In this document: in pieces, positions 9,734-18,484 of the stretch
Layout of the letters: every line of letters begins with the position of its first letter
Numbering within the stretch: the first letter of the stretch is position 1
Origin: an uncultured Candidatus Saccharibacteria bacterium
GTDB lineage: Bacteria > Patescibacteriota > Dojkabacteria > J137
Assembly (NCBI GenBank): GCA_964650085.1
Contig: CAZYSE010000003.1
Location: 1,743 to 47,362, forward strand
Length of the DNA: 45,620 bases
Direction: 5' to 3'
Made by a program: the position numbers and the translations under genes
The notes under the pieces: model-generated
Seen by the model: only the letters and a program-made list of their open reading frames with translations
Database searches by the model: none
What the model was told of the DNA's origin: nothing

Positions 9734-10648
9734 CTATTTAATTACCGAGAAAACCCATAACGACAAAAGTGCAAAACATATTCCAGCAAGCCAGAATCGC
9801 TGTACCATTTTAGTTTCTGGCCATCCAATTGCTTCAAAATAATGATGAATAGGAGCTATTCGGAAAAGCTTCTTTTTTCTGAATTTTAATGAAAGAATTT
9901 GAAGTGCACTGGAAGTAACTTCTGCCCAAAATGCTAATCCCATAATCACAAATATATCTACTGTATTGGTAATAATTGCAAACATAATCAATGCATATGC
10001 GATAGGGAAAGTACCTGTCCCTCCCATAAAAACTCTTGCAGGATTAATATTGAAGTATAGATAAACAATACATGATCCAATTAATAAGCCAATAATAGGA
10101 AGTAGCTCAGTATGACCAGTCATAACTGATATTACCAGGTATGTAGTTAAGGCTATTAAATATAGCCCTGTCGCAAGTCCATCTGCACCGTCGATAATTT
10201 CCATTCCATAAATTGCTACCACCATAAAAAAGCCACCAATAAAAATGGATAGTGCATTAACTGGTATTAAAATTCCAAAAATCGTAAGTGAAGTCAATCC
10301 ATAGTGATCCTGCAACAAAATCAACGGAAGTATTGTGATAATATAAAGCACTACTAGCTTTCCCATTCTCATTCCAAAACTGTTGTCCAGCGCTTTCAGT
10401 GTTGTGCTTAGCTTTCTGCCGTATGTTAGTAATCCTTCAGCTAACCCAAAAATCGTATAAATTACAAAAGGCAATACAAACACAAGCTTTAAATTCGTAT
10501 CTGTCAGTAAAATAAGCGACAGTATAGCCACAGTTACAGAAATCATTAGTCCGCCCAAAGTTGGCGTCCCAAATTTGTGACCGTGTATTTTCATGAATTC
10601 TTCATTTGTTCGATCAGGCATTAAAATTACTTTCACAACCAAATTCAT
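9734..10648 (-). CDS. mraY: phospho-N-acetylmuramoyl-pentapeptide transferase (MraY)
   Basis: MraY motifs are present: KFGTPTLGG, DGADGLATG and APIHHYFEAIGWPETKMVQRFW. The annotated ATG probably truncates TM1 (see findings). Confidence 0.85.
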   Translation of the reverse strand: MNLVVKVILMPDRTNEEFMKIHGHKFGTPTLGGLMISVTVAILSLILLTDTNLKLVFVLPFVIYTIFGLAEGLLTYGRKLSTTLKALDNSFGMRMGKLVVLYIITILPLILLQDHYGLTSLTIFGILIPVNALSIFIGGFFMVVAIYGMEIIDGADGLATGLYLIALTTYLVISVMTGHTELLPIIGLLIGSCIVYLYFNINPARVFMGGTGTFPIAYALIMFAIITNTVDIFVIMGLAFWAEVTSSALQILSLKFRKKKLFRIAPIHHYFEAIGWPETKMVQRFWLAGICFALLSLWVFSVIK

Positions 10649-10800
10649 TTTGTAGAGAAGTTGGATAAGAATTGGAGCCCAAACTGCAGTTGCGAAAAAA
10701 CCTATTAAAACAGCGGTATTGTATTAAGCATAAATAGTTTTTAAACAAATTATTATTACATAAGTAGAGCAGAGTGTACAATCTGTTTAGAAGCTAGAAT

Positions 10801-11715
10801 TTACTGTGCAAAATGAATAAATCCATTCTTTGATTCAATATTTTGATAGTTTTCGAATATTACTAAGTCACCAATTTTCAATGTAGAACCTTCTGCACTT
10901 ATCACTAGAGTTTTTCCACTTGCGGTGACGACAGAAGGCATACCTGCTAATTGGAACGTAGAAAACTTACCAACAATAATAAAGTCCTCGATTACACTTT
11001 CTGGAACTACTGATTCTGTAAACAAATAAGTAATGTTGTCGCTTTTTAGTAAGTTATCTTGTGCATCTGTCAATTTCTCCTCTCCGGCAAAAAGCTTAAC
11101 GTTTTTTACAATTTCGTTATCGGCTTCGATTTGAACACTGTTAACAAAGGTAATATTTGTAGGCAAAAGTACATTATCAAGCTTAATAAAATACCCATTA
11201 CTTGACTTATATATGGAGTTATCAAACTCAAAGCTGTTGCCAACTGAATCACGTACTGTAGATCCAGCATCGGTACTCGAGATTCTAATAACTTGACCTT
11301 CTAGAGTTGTTAATTCCCTCAACTTATTTAAATCTTGAGATGGAGTTAGTTTAACAATGTGAAGCGAAATAATTTTTCTTAGTTTATGGAGAAGTTCTGG
11401 CGTTTGAAGCTTTGTCGTATCCTCAGGGGAGATTCCTGAAAAACTTTCGTTAGTTGTTGCGAAAACTAAAAGATTTTCTCCATTTTTAAGTGTATTGTCT
11501 AAATTGGTTCGTGTTGCATTGTCTAGGAAAATTGAAAAGTCTGGTATGGTTGAGAGGTTGTCGTAAATGCTTTTACTTTCATCTATTGAATACCCCGCGT
11601 ACCTCGTTTCTATATTCGAATTCACAGTTTTATTAAATACAAAAAATGTAATACCTGCGAGAGCAACGAGTAGTATTATTGATAGCAAAGTTTGATTTTT
11701 GGTTATGAATTTCAT
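10801..11715 (-). CDS. membrane-anchored fasciclin (FAS1) domain protein
   Basis: An N-terminal TM helix (LLSIILLVALAGITFFV) is followed by a FAS1-like pattern: IPDFSIFLDNATRTNLDNTLKNGENLLVFATTNESF. I prefer the ATG at 11715 (MKFITKNQ) to the TTG at 11742. Confidence 0.65.
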   Translation of the reverse strand: MKFITKNQTLLSIILLVALAGITFFVFNKTVNSNIETRYAGYSIDESKSIYDNLSTIPDFSIFLDNATRTNLDNTLKNGENLLVFATTNESFSGISPEDTTKLQTPELLHKLRKIISLHIVKLTPSQDLNKLRELTTLEGQVIRISSTDAGSTVRDSVGNSFEFDNSIYKSSNGYFIKLDNVLLPTNITFVNSVQIEADNEIVKNVKLFAGEEKLTDAQDNLLKSDNITYLFTESVVPESVIEDFIIVGKFSTFQLAGMPSVVTASGKTLVISAEGSTLKIGDLVIFENYQNIESKNGFIHFAQ

Positions 11716-11785
11716 ACTGGTCAATTGTAATAATTTAAGCAAAATTGTACAAGGTAAAAACTACTAGTCATGCGATAATATTTTT

Positions 11786-12778
11786 ATGAAAACATACACA
11801 TTTAAAATTGAAGGCACACATTGTGCTGCGTGCGAGATAATCATTGAGCGCGAGGTTAAGAAGTTGCCCGGTATCTTAGGTATTGAATACAAGCATGGAG
11901 GTGAAGAAGTAGTTGTCAGTTTTGATGATTCTAAGATAGAAGATATTAATAGTCAGATAAAAAACGTATTAGAAAAAAACGGCTACAAAATTGATGAGGG
12001 AGTTGTTGGAATAAGAAATAAGAAAAAAGAATGGTTTGATGCAATAATGATAGCTGTATCTGTAATTTCAATCTATGTAATTCTGCAAAACCTTTTGAAA
12101 ACGGATTTTACTGTTTCGGGAGAAATTAATTTTATTAGCATCTTTATTATAGGAATTATTGCTTCAGTCTCTACTTGCATGGCGGTAGTTGGGGGAATAG
12201 TTTTGAGTTTATCTTCTCAATTTGCTAAGAATGGCAAGTTCACTCCAATAATTTCATTTCATGTTTCGCGATTGCTATCATTTTTTATACTTGGTGGTGT
12301 AATTGGAGCAATCGGCAGTGTATTGCGACCTACCTTGGCTTTTCAAGGTGCATTAGAAATCATTTTGTTCATAGTGTTTGTAGTGTTAGGCTTAAACCTA
12401 CTTGGATTTAATGTTTTTAAATTTGGACTATCAAAAAAAATCGGTGCAAAATCTATTAGTTTTTTGAGTAAAACTACATCTTCAACTATAGGCAATCTAT
12501 CGGCTATTGCAGCAGGTGCTGTAACCTTTGTTTTGCCGTGTGGATTCACGCAAGCTGCTCAATTCAGTGCAATTGGTTCAGGCAGTTTCTTGTCGGGAGG
12601 TTTAATAATGTTAGTGTTTGCTTTAGGAACTTTTCCCGTACTAGCGATAATTAGTTTTTTGTCAGTTAGATTTATCCAACCAACTTTCTACAAAGCGTCT
12701 GGGTTAATAATCATTTCATTCGCATTTATTAATGTTTTACAAAACTGGGAGAAAATACGAGTAGGCTTAGGATTTTGA
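11786..12778 (+). CDS. heavy-metal-associated (HMA) domain fused to a TauE/SafE- or DsbD_2-like membrane transporter domain
   Basis: The N-terminal ferredoxin-like HMA domain has the metal-binding motif GTHCAACE (GMTCxxC type). It is followed by about 6 TM helices that include a VLPCGF motif. Confidence 0.65.
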   Translation: MKTYTFKIEGTHCAACEIIIEREVKKLPGILGIEYKHGGEEVVVSFDDSKIEDINSQIKNVLEKNGYKIDEGVVGIRNKKKEWFDAIMIAVSVISIYVILQNLLKTDFTVSGEINFISIFIIGIIASVSTCMAVVGGIVLSLSSQFAKNGKFTPIISFHVSRLLSFFILGGVIGAIGSVLRPTLAFQGALEIILFIVFVVLGLNLLGFNVFKFGLSKKIGAKSISFLSKTTSSTIGNLSAIAAGAVTFVLPCGFTQAAQFSAIGSGSFLSGGLIMLVFALGTFPVLAIISFLSVRFIQPTFYKASGLIIISFAFINVLQNWEKIRVGLGF

Positions 12779-12807
12779 TTTTTATAGCCTTTATACCTTT
12801 GAGCTTT

Positions 12808-15237
12808 TTATAGTAATCCCAACTGTTCGGTATCAGGCTTCGCTGGAGCATTCTTAGTCTTTGGTTGTGCTTCAAATTTGTTCAAGATTTCTTTTGCCCG
12901 CTTTACCACTTCTTTTGGGACCCCCGCCAGTTCTGCTACGTGAATACCATAACTCTTATTAGCTTTACCCTCGACAATTTTATGAGTGAATACTATTTCT
13001 TTTCCATCATCGTATACATCAACAGAAAGGTTTTTAATGTTGTCTTTTAATTTTTCCATATCGGTAAGTTCGTGATAGTGGGTAGCAAAAAGGGTTATTG
13101 GTTTAATTTTATCAGATAAAAATTCAACTATAGACCATGCTATTGCTACGCCATCGTAAGTACTTGTTCCTCTTCCAACTTCGTCTAAAATCACAAGGGA
13201 ATTTTTCGTAGCATTGTTTAAAATGTTTGCTGTCTCGACCATTTCTACCATAAATGTAGACTCGCCACGCGATAAATTGTCCGATGCCCCAACTCGTGAA
13301 TATATCTTATCTACGGGTAAAAAACTGAATTCTTTTGCTGGAACGAAAGAACCTATCTGAGCCATAAGGTAAATAAGAGCAACTTGTCTGATAAACGTAG
13401 ATTTACCAGACATGTTAGGTCCTGTTATGAGATTTATAGTTTTGCTATTGGATATTTCGAAATTATTTGGAACAAATTCATGTACTATTTCTTCTATGAC
13501 TGGATGACGAGCTTCAATCATTCTTACAGTAATTGAAATTGTAGGCTTTGAATAGCTTTTTTCTCTTGCAAGTTTACCTAATGAAGAAAAGATGTCTAAT
13601 TCCGCTACTACTTCAGCTGCTTTAGAAATTAGTAGTTTATCCTCAGCAATTTTTTCAATTATGCTTCTAAAAACTTCAACTTCTAATTTGAAAAGTTTAT
13701 CATTTGCAGTTAATATTTTTTCCTCAAGTTCTTTAAGTTCTTGTGTAATATATCGTTCTGCATTTGCTAGAGTTTGTTTTCTTATGTAGTCTTGTGGAAC
13801 TTTGGCAACATGACTCCTAGTAACTTCGATGTAGTAGCCAAAGACGCTGTTGAAAGAAACCTTTAGAGAAGCTATTCCCGTTCGCTCTACTTCTCGAAGC
13901 TGAATATTATGCAGGTGCTCTTTTGAATTTTTTGTTATGCCTTTGATTTCATCTATTTCTGGATCATAGCCAATTTTGATTACATCTCCATTATTTAGGT
14001 CAACTGATGCTTCTTCATTAATTGATCTCTCAATTAAGTCTATTACACTTTGTATCTCAGTTCGTTTTTGGAATACATGTAAATACTCGTCAAAAAGATT
14101 GCCATTTGCTATTAGTGAAGACTCAAGTTGTAAAAACAATGAAAGGCTGTATTTCAATGCTAACAAGTCTCTAGGATTAGCTGAAAATAATGAAATACGA
14201 GAGTTGATTCTCTCCAGATCCGACACAGATTTTAGGAGCTCTTGAATTTCTTCACATTCAAATCTGTTATCTTTAAAATATTCTGTTTTGCTGTAACGTT
14301 TTTCTAGATCTTGTGTATTTAGAATTGGTCGTAGAATCCATCCTCGCAAAGTTCTTTTCCCTAGGGGATTTACACACTTATTAATTGTAGAATTCAACGT
14401 AGGATTTTCTTGGCCAGTAGATGTGTAGAAAAGTTCTAAATTTCGAATTGTATTTAAGTCCAATTTTAAATATTCATTTTGAATGATGTTTCGTATTCTT
14501 AGCAAATTGTTTGGTTCTGTTCTTAAACAATCTTTTACATACTTCAGTAAAGAACCAATAGAAATATATTCGTCGGGAATATTTTTTAAACCAAAGCCAG
14601 CAATAGTTTTAATCTTAAACAATGATTTTACAAGATCTGTAGTATCTTCTTCGTCAAAGAATTCTTTTTTAAGCACGTTAAAGTAAATATCATTTTGTTG
14701 TAGTTTCTGAATTAAGGTTTCGTTTTCTAATATAACTACTTCTTTTACCGAAGCTCTTTTTATTTCGTTAATCAGCTCATCGAGGTTTCTGGATGTCAAA
14801 GTACAAATTTCAGCTCCATTGACGTCTAAATATGAAAGGTAATTATCTTCTTTATTTATCAATAAAGATCCAACAAAATTGCTTTTATCACTCTGTAAAG
14901 ACTCTTCGTCTGTGATAGTTCCAGGTGTTATTATTTGAGTAACTTGTCTTTCTACTAGTTTCCCGGGAGTAGCTTCTTCTACTTGATCAGCAATTGCTAC
15001 TTTACATCCAGCTTCTAGAAGTTTAGGCAAATAGTTATCCAAAGAGTGATGTGGAATTCCTGCCATAGGCCTACGCTTATCGTCTTTTCCTCTACCAGTT
15101 AATGTGATACCTAAAATATTAGAAAGTTGTACAGCATCATTGTCAAATGCTTCGTAAAAGTCACCGAGTCTGAAAAAAACAATGAAGTCTTTATAGTCTT
15201 GCTTAATCTTTTCGTACTGTTCCTGCATTGGAGTCAT
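12808..15237 (-). CDS. mutS: DNA mismatch repair protein MutS
   Basis: The canonical N-terminus MTPMQEQYEKIKQDY..FFRLGDFYEAF, the Walker A motif GPNMSGKST, and DEVGRGTSTYDG and FATHYHEL are all present. Confidence 0.95.
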   Translation of the reverse strand: MTPMQEQYEKIKQDYKDFIVFFRLGDFYEAFDNDAVQLSNILGITLTGRGKDDKRRPMAGIPHHSLDNYLPKLLEAGCKVAIADQVEEATPGKLVERQVTQIITPGTITDEESLQSDKSNFVGSLLINKEDNYLSYLDVNGAEICTLTSRNLDELINEIKRASVKEVVILENETLIQKLQQNDIYFNVLKKEFFDEEDTTDLVKSLFKIKTIAGFGLKNIPDEYISIGSLLKYVKDCLRTEPNNLLRIRNIIQNEYLKLDLNTIRNLELFYTSTGQENPTLNSTINKCVNPLGKRTLRGWILRPILNTQDLEKRYSKTEYFKDNRFECEEIQELLKSVSDLERINSRISLFSANPRDLLALKYSLSLFLQLESSLIANGNLFDEYLHVFQKRTEIQSVIDLIERSINEEASVDLNNGDVIKIGYDPEIDEIKGITKNSKEHLHNIQLREVERTGIASLKVSFNSVFGYYIEVTRSHVAKVPQDYIRKQTLANAERYITQELKELEEKILTANDKLFKLEVEVFRSIIEKIAEDKLLISKAAEVVAELDIFSSLGKLAREKSYSKPTISITVRMIEARHPVIEEIVHEFVPNNFEISNSKTINLITGPNMSGKSTFIRQVALIYLMAQIGSFVPAKEFSFLPVDKIYSRVGASDNLSRGESTFMVEMVETANILNNATKNSLVILDEVGRGTSTYDGVAIAWSIVEFLSDKIKPITLFATHYHELTDMEKLKDNIKNLSVDVYDDGKEIVFTHKIVEGKANKSYGIHVAELAGVPKEVVKRAKEILNKFEAQPKTKNAPAKPDTEQLGLL

Positions 15238-15356
15238 AACAAAAAGTTTAAAGGTATAAAGATAAAAGCTAAAAACATAATTTGAAGATTATAAAGTCTA
15301 AACCGAAAAATGCAAACATCAGAAAGTTTTTAATTCAATTTTTTACCTTTGAGTTT

Positions 15357-15545
15357 TTAAGCCTTTTCTCTGTATGTAGCATCTTCGTACTGAATATCCT
15401 TACCTCCTTGCTTCTTAACCCCCTTCTTACCTGTTTTGCTAACACTAGCTTGGTAGGAAACTAAAAGTATAATAGCAGCTACAATTAATAGACAAATGAA
15501 TCCACAGCAACAAACTGTAAGGAACGATGAAAAAATTTCGAACAT
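15357..15545 (-). CDS. small single-pass membrane protein with a poly-Cys TM helix
   Basis: 62 aa with the TM segment FLTVCCCGFICLLIVAAIILLV followed by a Lys-rich tail. Same orientation as mutS and upstream of it. Composition is similar to the small proteins at 29396 and 29595. Confidence 0.45.
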   Translation of the reverse strand: MFEIFSSFLTVCCCGFICLLIVAAIILLVSYQASVSKTGKKGVKKQGGKDIQYEDATYREKA

Positions 15546-15654
15546 AAATTTTAGGTAAACTTAATATTATACACTTTACAAATCAGCCTATAATTATTTT
15601 TTATAAGTAAAAGTGAAAATTGATGTAGAATGTTTAGTTATTTTTTCGAAATTT

Positions 15655-15960
15655 ATGAGCACAAGTTACGAAACAACATTAGAAGTTCTAGAGAAAGAGA
15701 TAGGTTCTCTAACACTTACGTATAGAAGCGTATTGGCTGATATTGCTTTTGTAGAATCTTGTAGAAAAGAGTCACCGGTAGTTGCCCTCGCAAATATTGC
15801 GGAGACTTTCAAGGATTATATTGTTAGAGAAGTAGATTCTTCGGTTGCACAAATTGATCTTGAAATATTTGTCTTGTCGTTTCGACAGCTGTACCCAATG
15901 AGACAAAGCGGAGATGCTTTCCTTATTGCATCCTTGGCTGAAACAGATACCGATCAATAA
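15655..15960 (+). CDS. hypothetical acidic protein
   Basis: The track ORF starts at a GTG at 15613; the first ATG in frame is at 15655 (MSTSYETT...). No recognisable motif. Confidence 0.4.
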   Translation: MSTSYETTLEVLEKEIGSLTLTYRSVLADIAFVESCRKESPVVALANIAETFKDYIVREVDSSVAQIDLEIFVLSFRQLYPMRQSGDAFLIASLAETDTDQ

Positions 15961-16060
15961 CTGGGCCTCTTAAGTACTTAGAGAAACCTATTTGGTTTAT
16001 GTTCAGATTTACAAAATCTTGTTGTATAATCTTGGTTGATGTTGAGTAGATATACTTGAT

Positions 16061-16135
16061 TGAGTAGTAGCTCAATGGTTGAGCAAGCCGCTGTTAACGG
16101 CAAGGTTGTAGGTTCGAGTCCTACCTACTCAGCCA
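16061..16135 (+). tRNA. tRNA-Asn (anticodon GUU), CCA encoded
   Basis: Hand-folded cloverleaf. Acceptor tgagtag/ctactca; D arm gctc-aatggtt-gagc; anticodon arm agccg-ctGTTaa-cggca; variable loop aggtt; T arm gtagg-ttcgagt-cctac; discriminator g followed by cca. Confidence 0.9.
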
Positions 16136-16263
16136 TAAAGTACAATAAAATTGACTTCATGACTTCGCCAGATGTAATTCCCCCAATGTTTCGTTGAAGC
16201 ACTGTACTGCATGAGCAGTGAAGTGAACTTGTTCTACTTTAAATTTACTACGCATCGCAACAT

Positions 16264-16272
16264 TGGTATAAT
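16264..16272 (+). promoter_or_regulatory. extended -10 promoter element (TGgTATAAT) upstream of the DUF262 gene
   Basis: The sequence cattGGTATAATttg reads TGgTATAAT and lies 44 nt upstream of the ATG at 16316. Confidence 0.4.
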
Positions 16273-16315
16273 TTGATTACAAATAGGCAATTTATCAATT
16301 TAGAATTTTAATAGC

Positions 16316-17983
16316 ATGGGATTATACAGAGATGAGACTATAAGCAAAATAATTGAAGGAGTCAATGATAAATACTTCTTGCCGGATATACAAAGACCTT
16401 TTGTTTGGAAACAAGAACAGATTTATGCCCTCTTTGACTCGATTATGAGGGGGTATCCTATTAGTACTTTTTTATTTTGGCATGTAAGTAAGGAATATCT
16501 TGTAGAAAATAGGATAAAAAAATTCCCATTTGTTAAAAACAACAAAGAATTAAGTGTCGAAGATTTAACTTATCAAAACACCGAGTATTCTTTAGTTTTG
16601 GACGGACAGCAAAGAATTACATCATTATTTATTGCTTTGAAGGGTTCTTATTATGAAAGAAGAAAGGAAAAAGAACTTTTCTTTAATATTTTAACAGGTA
16701 CAGAAGAAAATGATGATGGGCTACTTTATGAATTTAAATTTCTAGAAAAGGATAATGAAACTTTTTTCCAGGATGATGGGGCTATTTGGCTAAATGTAAA
16801 AAGGATATTCGAATGTGCTAGAACAGAAGATAAGTTTGATTTAAGAGAGCGAGTTACTAATATCTTAAGCGCGAATGACGATAAGAAAATCGCTGAGAAG
16901 AATATAGATATTTTATATGACAGGCTAAAAAGTCAACAAATTATTAACTTTTACCCAGAAGAGGAAAAAAACTACGATCGAGTTTTGGACATATTTGTTA
17001 GAACTAACTCCGGCGGTACGAAACTTACGTACTCTGATCTTTTATTTTCTACAATTAAGCTTCGTTGGAGAGAAGCAAGAGAGAATTTTGCTAATATTAT
17101 AAAGGATATGAATGGGGAGGATTTTGATTTTGATACTGATTTTATACTTAAGACCTGTTTTGTATTCTTTGCAGAAACTCAGCAAGATGTTAAATACAGC
17201 AGAAAAAATGTAGATGATGAAGTTAAGATCCAACTAATAATTGATAATTGGTGCAAAATCACAGAGTCATTAAGAATAGCTAGGGACTTGTTAATTAGAG
17301 CCAAAATCAATCACACAAAGCTTCTATCTAGTAACAATGCTATTATACCGATTGCTTATTTTATCTATAAGTATGGATTTAAGGGCTTTGGCGACTCAAA
17401 CCAACATAAAATCATATCACCAGACATTGAGAATGGGCTAAAACAGTTTTTATTGTCTTCATTGCTATCAAGTCTTTTTGGTGGTCAGGCAGACACAATT
17501 CTCTACTCACTAAAGCAGGTAATAGACAATCAAAATGAAGAAATCTTCCCTCTTAAAGAAATTAAAGCTTCCCTTATCAAACGAAATAAGACTCTTGATA
17601 TTACAGAGGAGTTTTTAGACAGCGTTCGTTATCAAGATAAAAACAGCTATTTAATTTTAAATTTACTCTACCCAAATATTGAGCTGAAAACGGTTTCTAA
17701 AACCAATTTGCCAGAGCAAGACCATTTGTTTTCTAAGTCGGAACTCATGGAAAATGGATATAACGGTGAAGAAATAAATTCTATATATAATATTCGTTAT
17801 CTTGGTGCTACCAGTAATAAGAAAAAAACTGATACCCCATTTGAGGAGTGGTATCCAACTATCTCTGAACAGGAAAAAGAAAACCACTACATACCACAAG
17901 GGAGCTGGACTTCCAAAAATTACCAAGATTTTATTTCTGAGAGAAAGCAGTTGTTTCTTGCTAAGTTAAAAGCAGCTATTTAA
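16316..17983 (+). CDS. GmrSD-family DUF262 (ParB-like NTPase) / DUF1524 (HNH-like nuclease) protein, putative type IV modification-dependent restriction or related defence enzyme
   Basis: N-terminal DUF262 hallmarks are present: FLPDIQRPFVWKQEQIYALFDSIMRGYPISTFLFW and LDGQQRITSLFIAL. The C-terminal DUF1524-like motif is EQDHLFSKSEL....IYNIRYLGATSNKKK. Confidence 0.75.
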   Translation: MGLYRDETISKIIEGVNDKYFLPDIQRPFVWKQEQIYALFDSIMRGYPISTFLFWHVSKEYLVENRIKKFPFVKNNKELSVEDLTYQNTEYSLVLDGQQRITSLFIALKGSYYERRKEKELFFNILTGTEENDDGLLYEFKFLEKDNETFFQDDGAIWLNVKRIFECARTEDKFDLRERVTNILSANDDKKIAEKNIDILYDRLKSQQIINFYPEEEKNYDRVLDIFVRTNSGGTKLTYSDLLFSTIKLRWREARENFANIIKDMNGEDFDFDTDFILKTCFVFFAETQQDVKYSRKNVDDEVKIQLIIDNWCKITESLRIARDLLIRAKINHTKLLSSNNAIIPIAYFIYKYGFKGFGDSNQHKIISPDIENGLKQFLLSSLLSSLFGGQADTILYSLKQVIDNQNEEIFPLKEIKASLIKRNKTLDITEEFLDSVRYQDKNSYLILNLLYPNIELKTVSKTNLPEQDHLFSKSELMENGYNGEEINSIYNIRYLGATSNKKKTDTPFEEWYPTISEQEKENHYIPQGSWTSKNYQDFISERKQLFLAKLKAAI

Positions 17984-18008
17984 TTGCTGATGGCTCACAC
18001 TTAAACCA

Positions 18009-18407
18009 TCACTGTACAGAAGCAATTGCCTGAACAAGGTTGCTAAAGAATTCGTTTCCTGAAAGTTGTTCTGTATCAATTTCTCCTTCCAAATTCACAG
18101 GGTACTTATCTTGAGTTAAGAAAGCTGAGATTAATCCACCCACTATTACCTCTTTAACTTTGTCTTGGTCGGTCTGGTCTAGATAAAGCATATCCCGAAA
18201 GTAGCTTAAAAAAATAAAGCCTGTGATGAAGTCCAAATTTGCTTTAGGGGTTACTCTCTCCATTAGTGTAGATCTCGCAGCCTCGACAATGATAGCCTTG
18301 TTAGCTTGAATAATCCGATTAACACGTTCTGCAGCTTCTATTTCAATTGTAGTTATTTCGTCTTGTAAATTCTCCATTGTGTAATTATAACCACCAAATT
18401 TTAACAT
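18009..18407 (-). CDS. hypothetical protein
   Basis: 132-aa ORF convergent with the DUF262 gene. An alternative start is MENLQ at 18377. No recognisable motif. Confidence 0.45.
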   Translation of the reverse strand: MLKFGGYNYTMENLQDEITTIEIEAAERVNRIIQANKAIIVEAARSTLMERVTPKANLDFITGFIFLSYFRDMLYLDQTDQDKVKEVIVGGLISAFLTQDKYPVNLEGEIDTEQLSGNEFFSNLVQAIASVQ

Positions 18408-18484
18408 CTACATGGTTTTTTAGTACTAAATATATACTAATAACTTCCAATTTAGTAATATATACCCCAGTTTAAACATTTTTA

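Noticed and set aside
16042-18407. Integrated genomic island at tRNA-Asn carrying the DUF262 gene. This included an 8-nt duplication of the tRNA 5' end, TTGAGTAG, at 16042..16049 and 16060..16067.
   Set aside because: There is no integrase, and I found no direct repeat of the tRNA 3' half downstream. The 8-mer is too short to be meaningful and lies on the 5' side, whereas att sites normally involve the 3' end. I kept only the neutral observation of adjacency.
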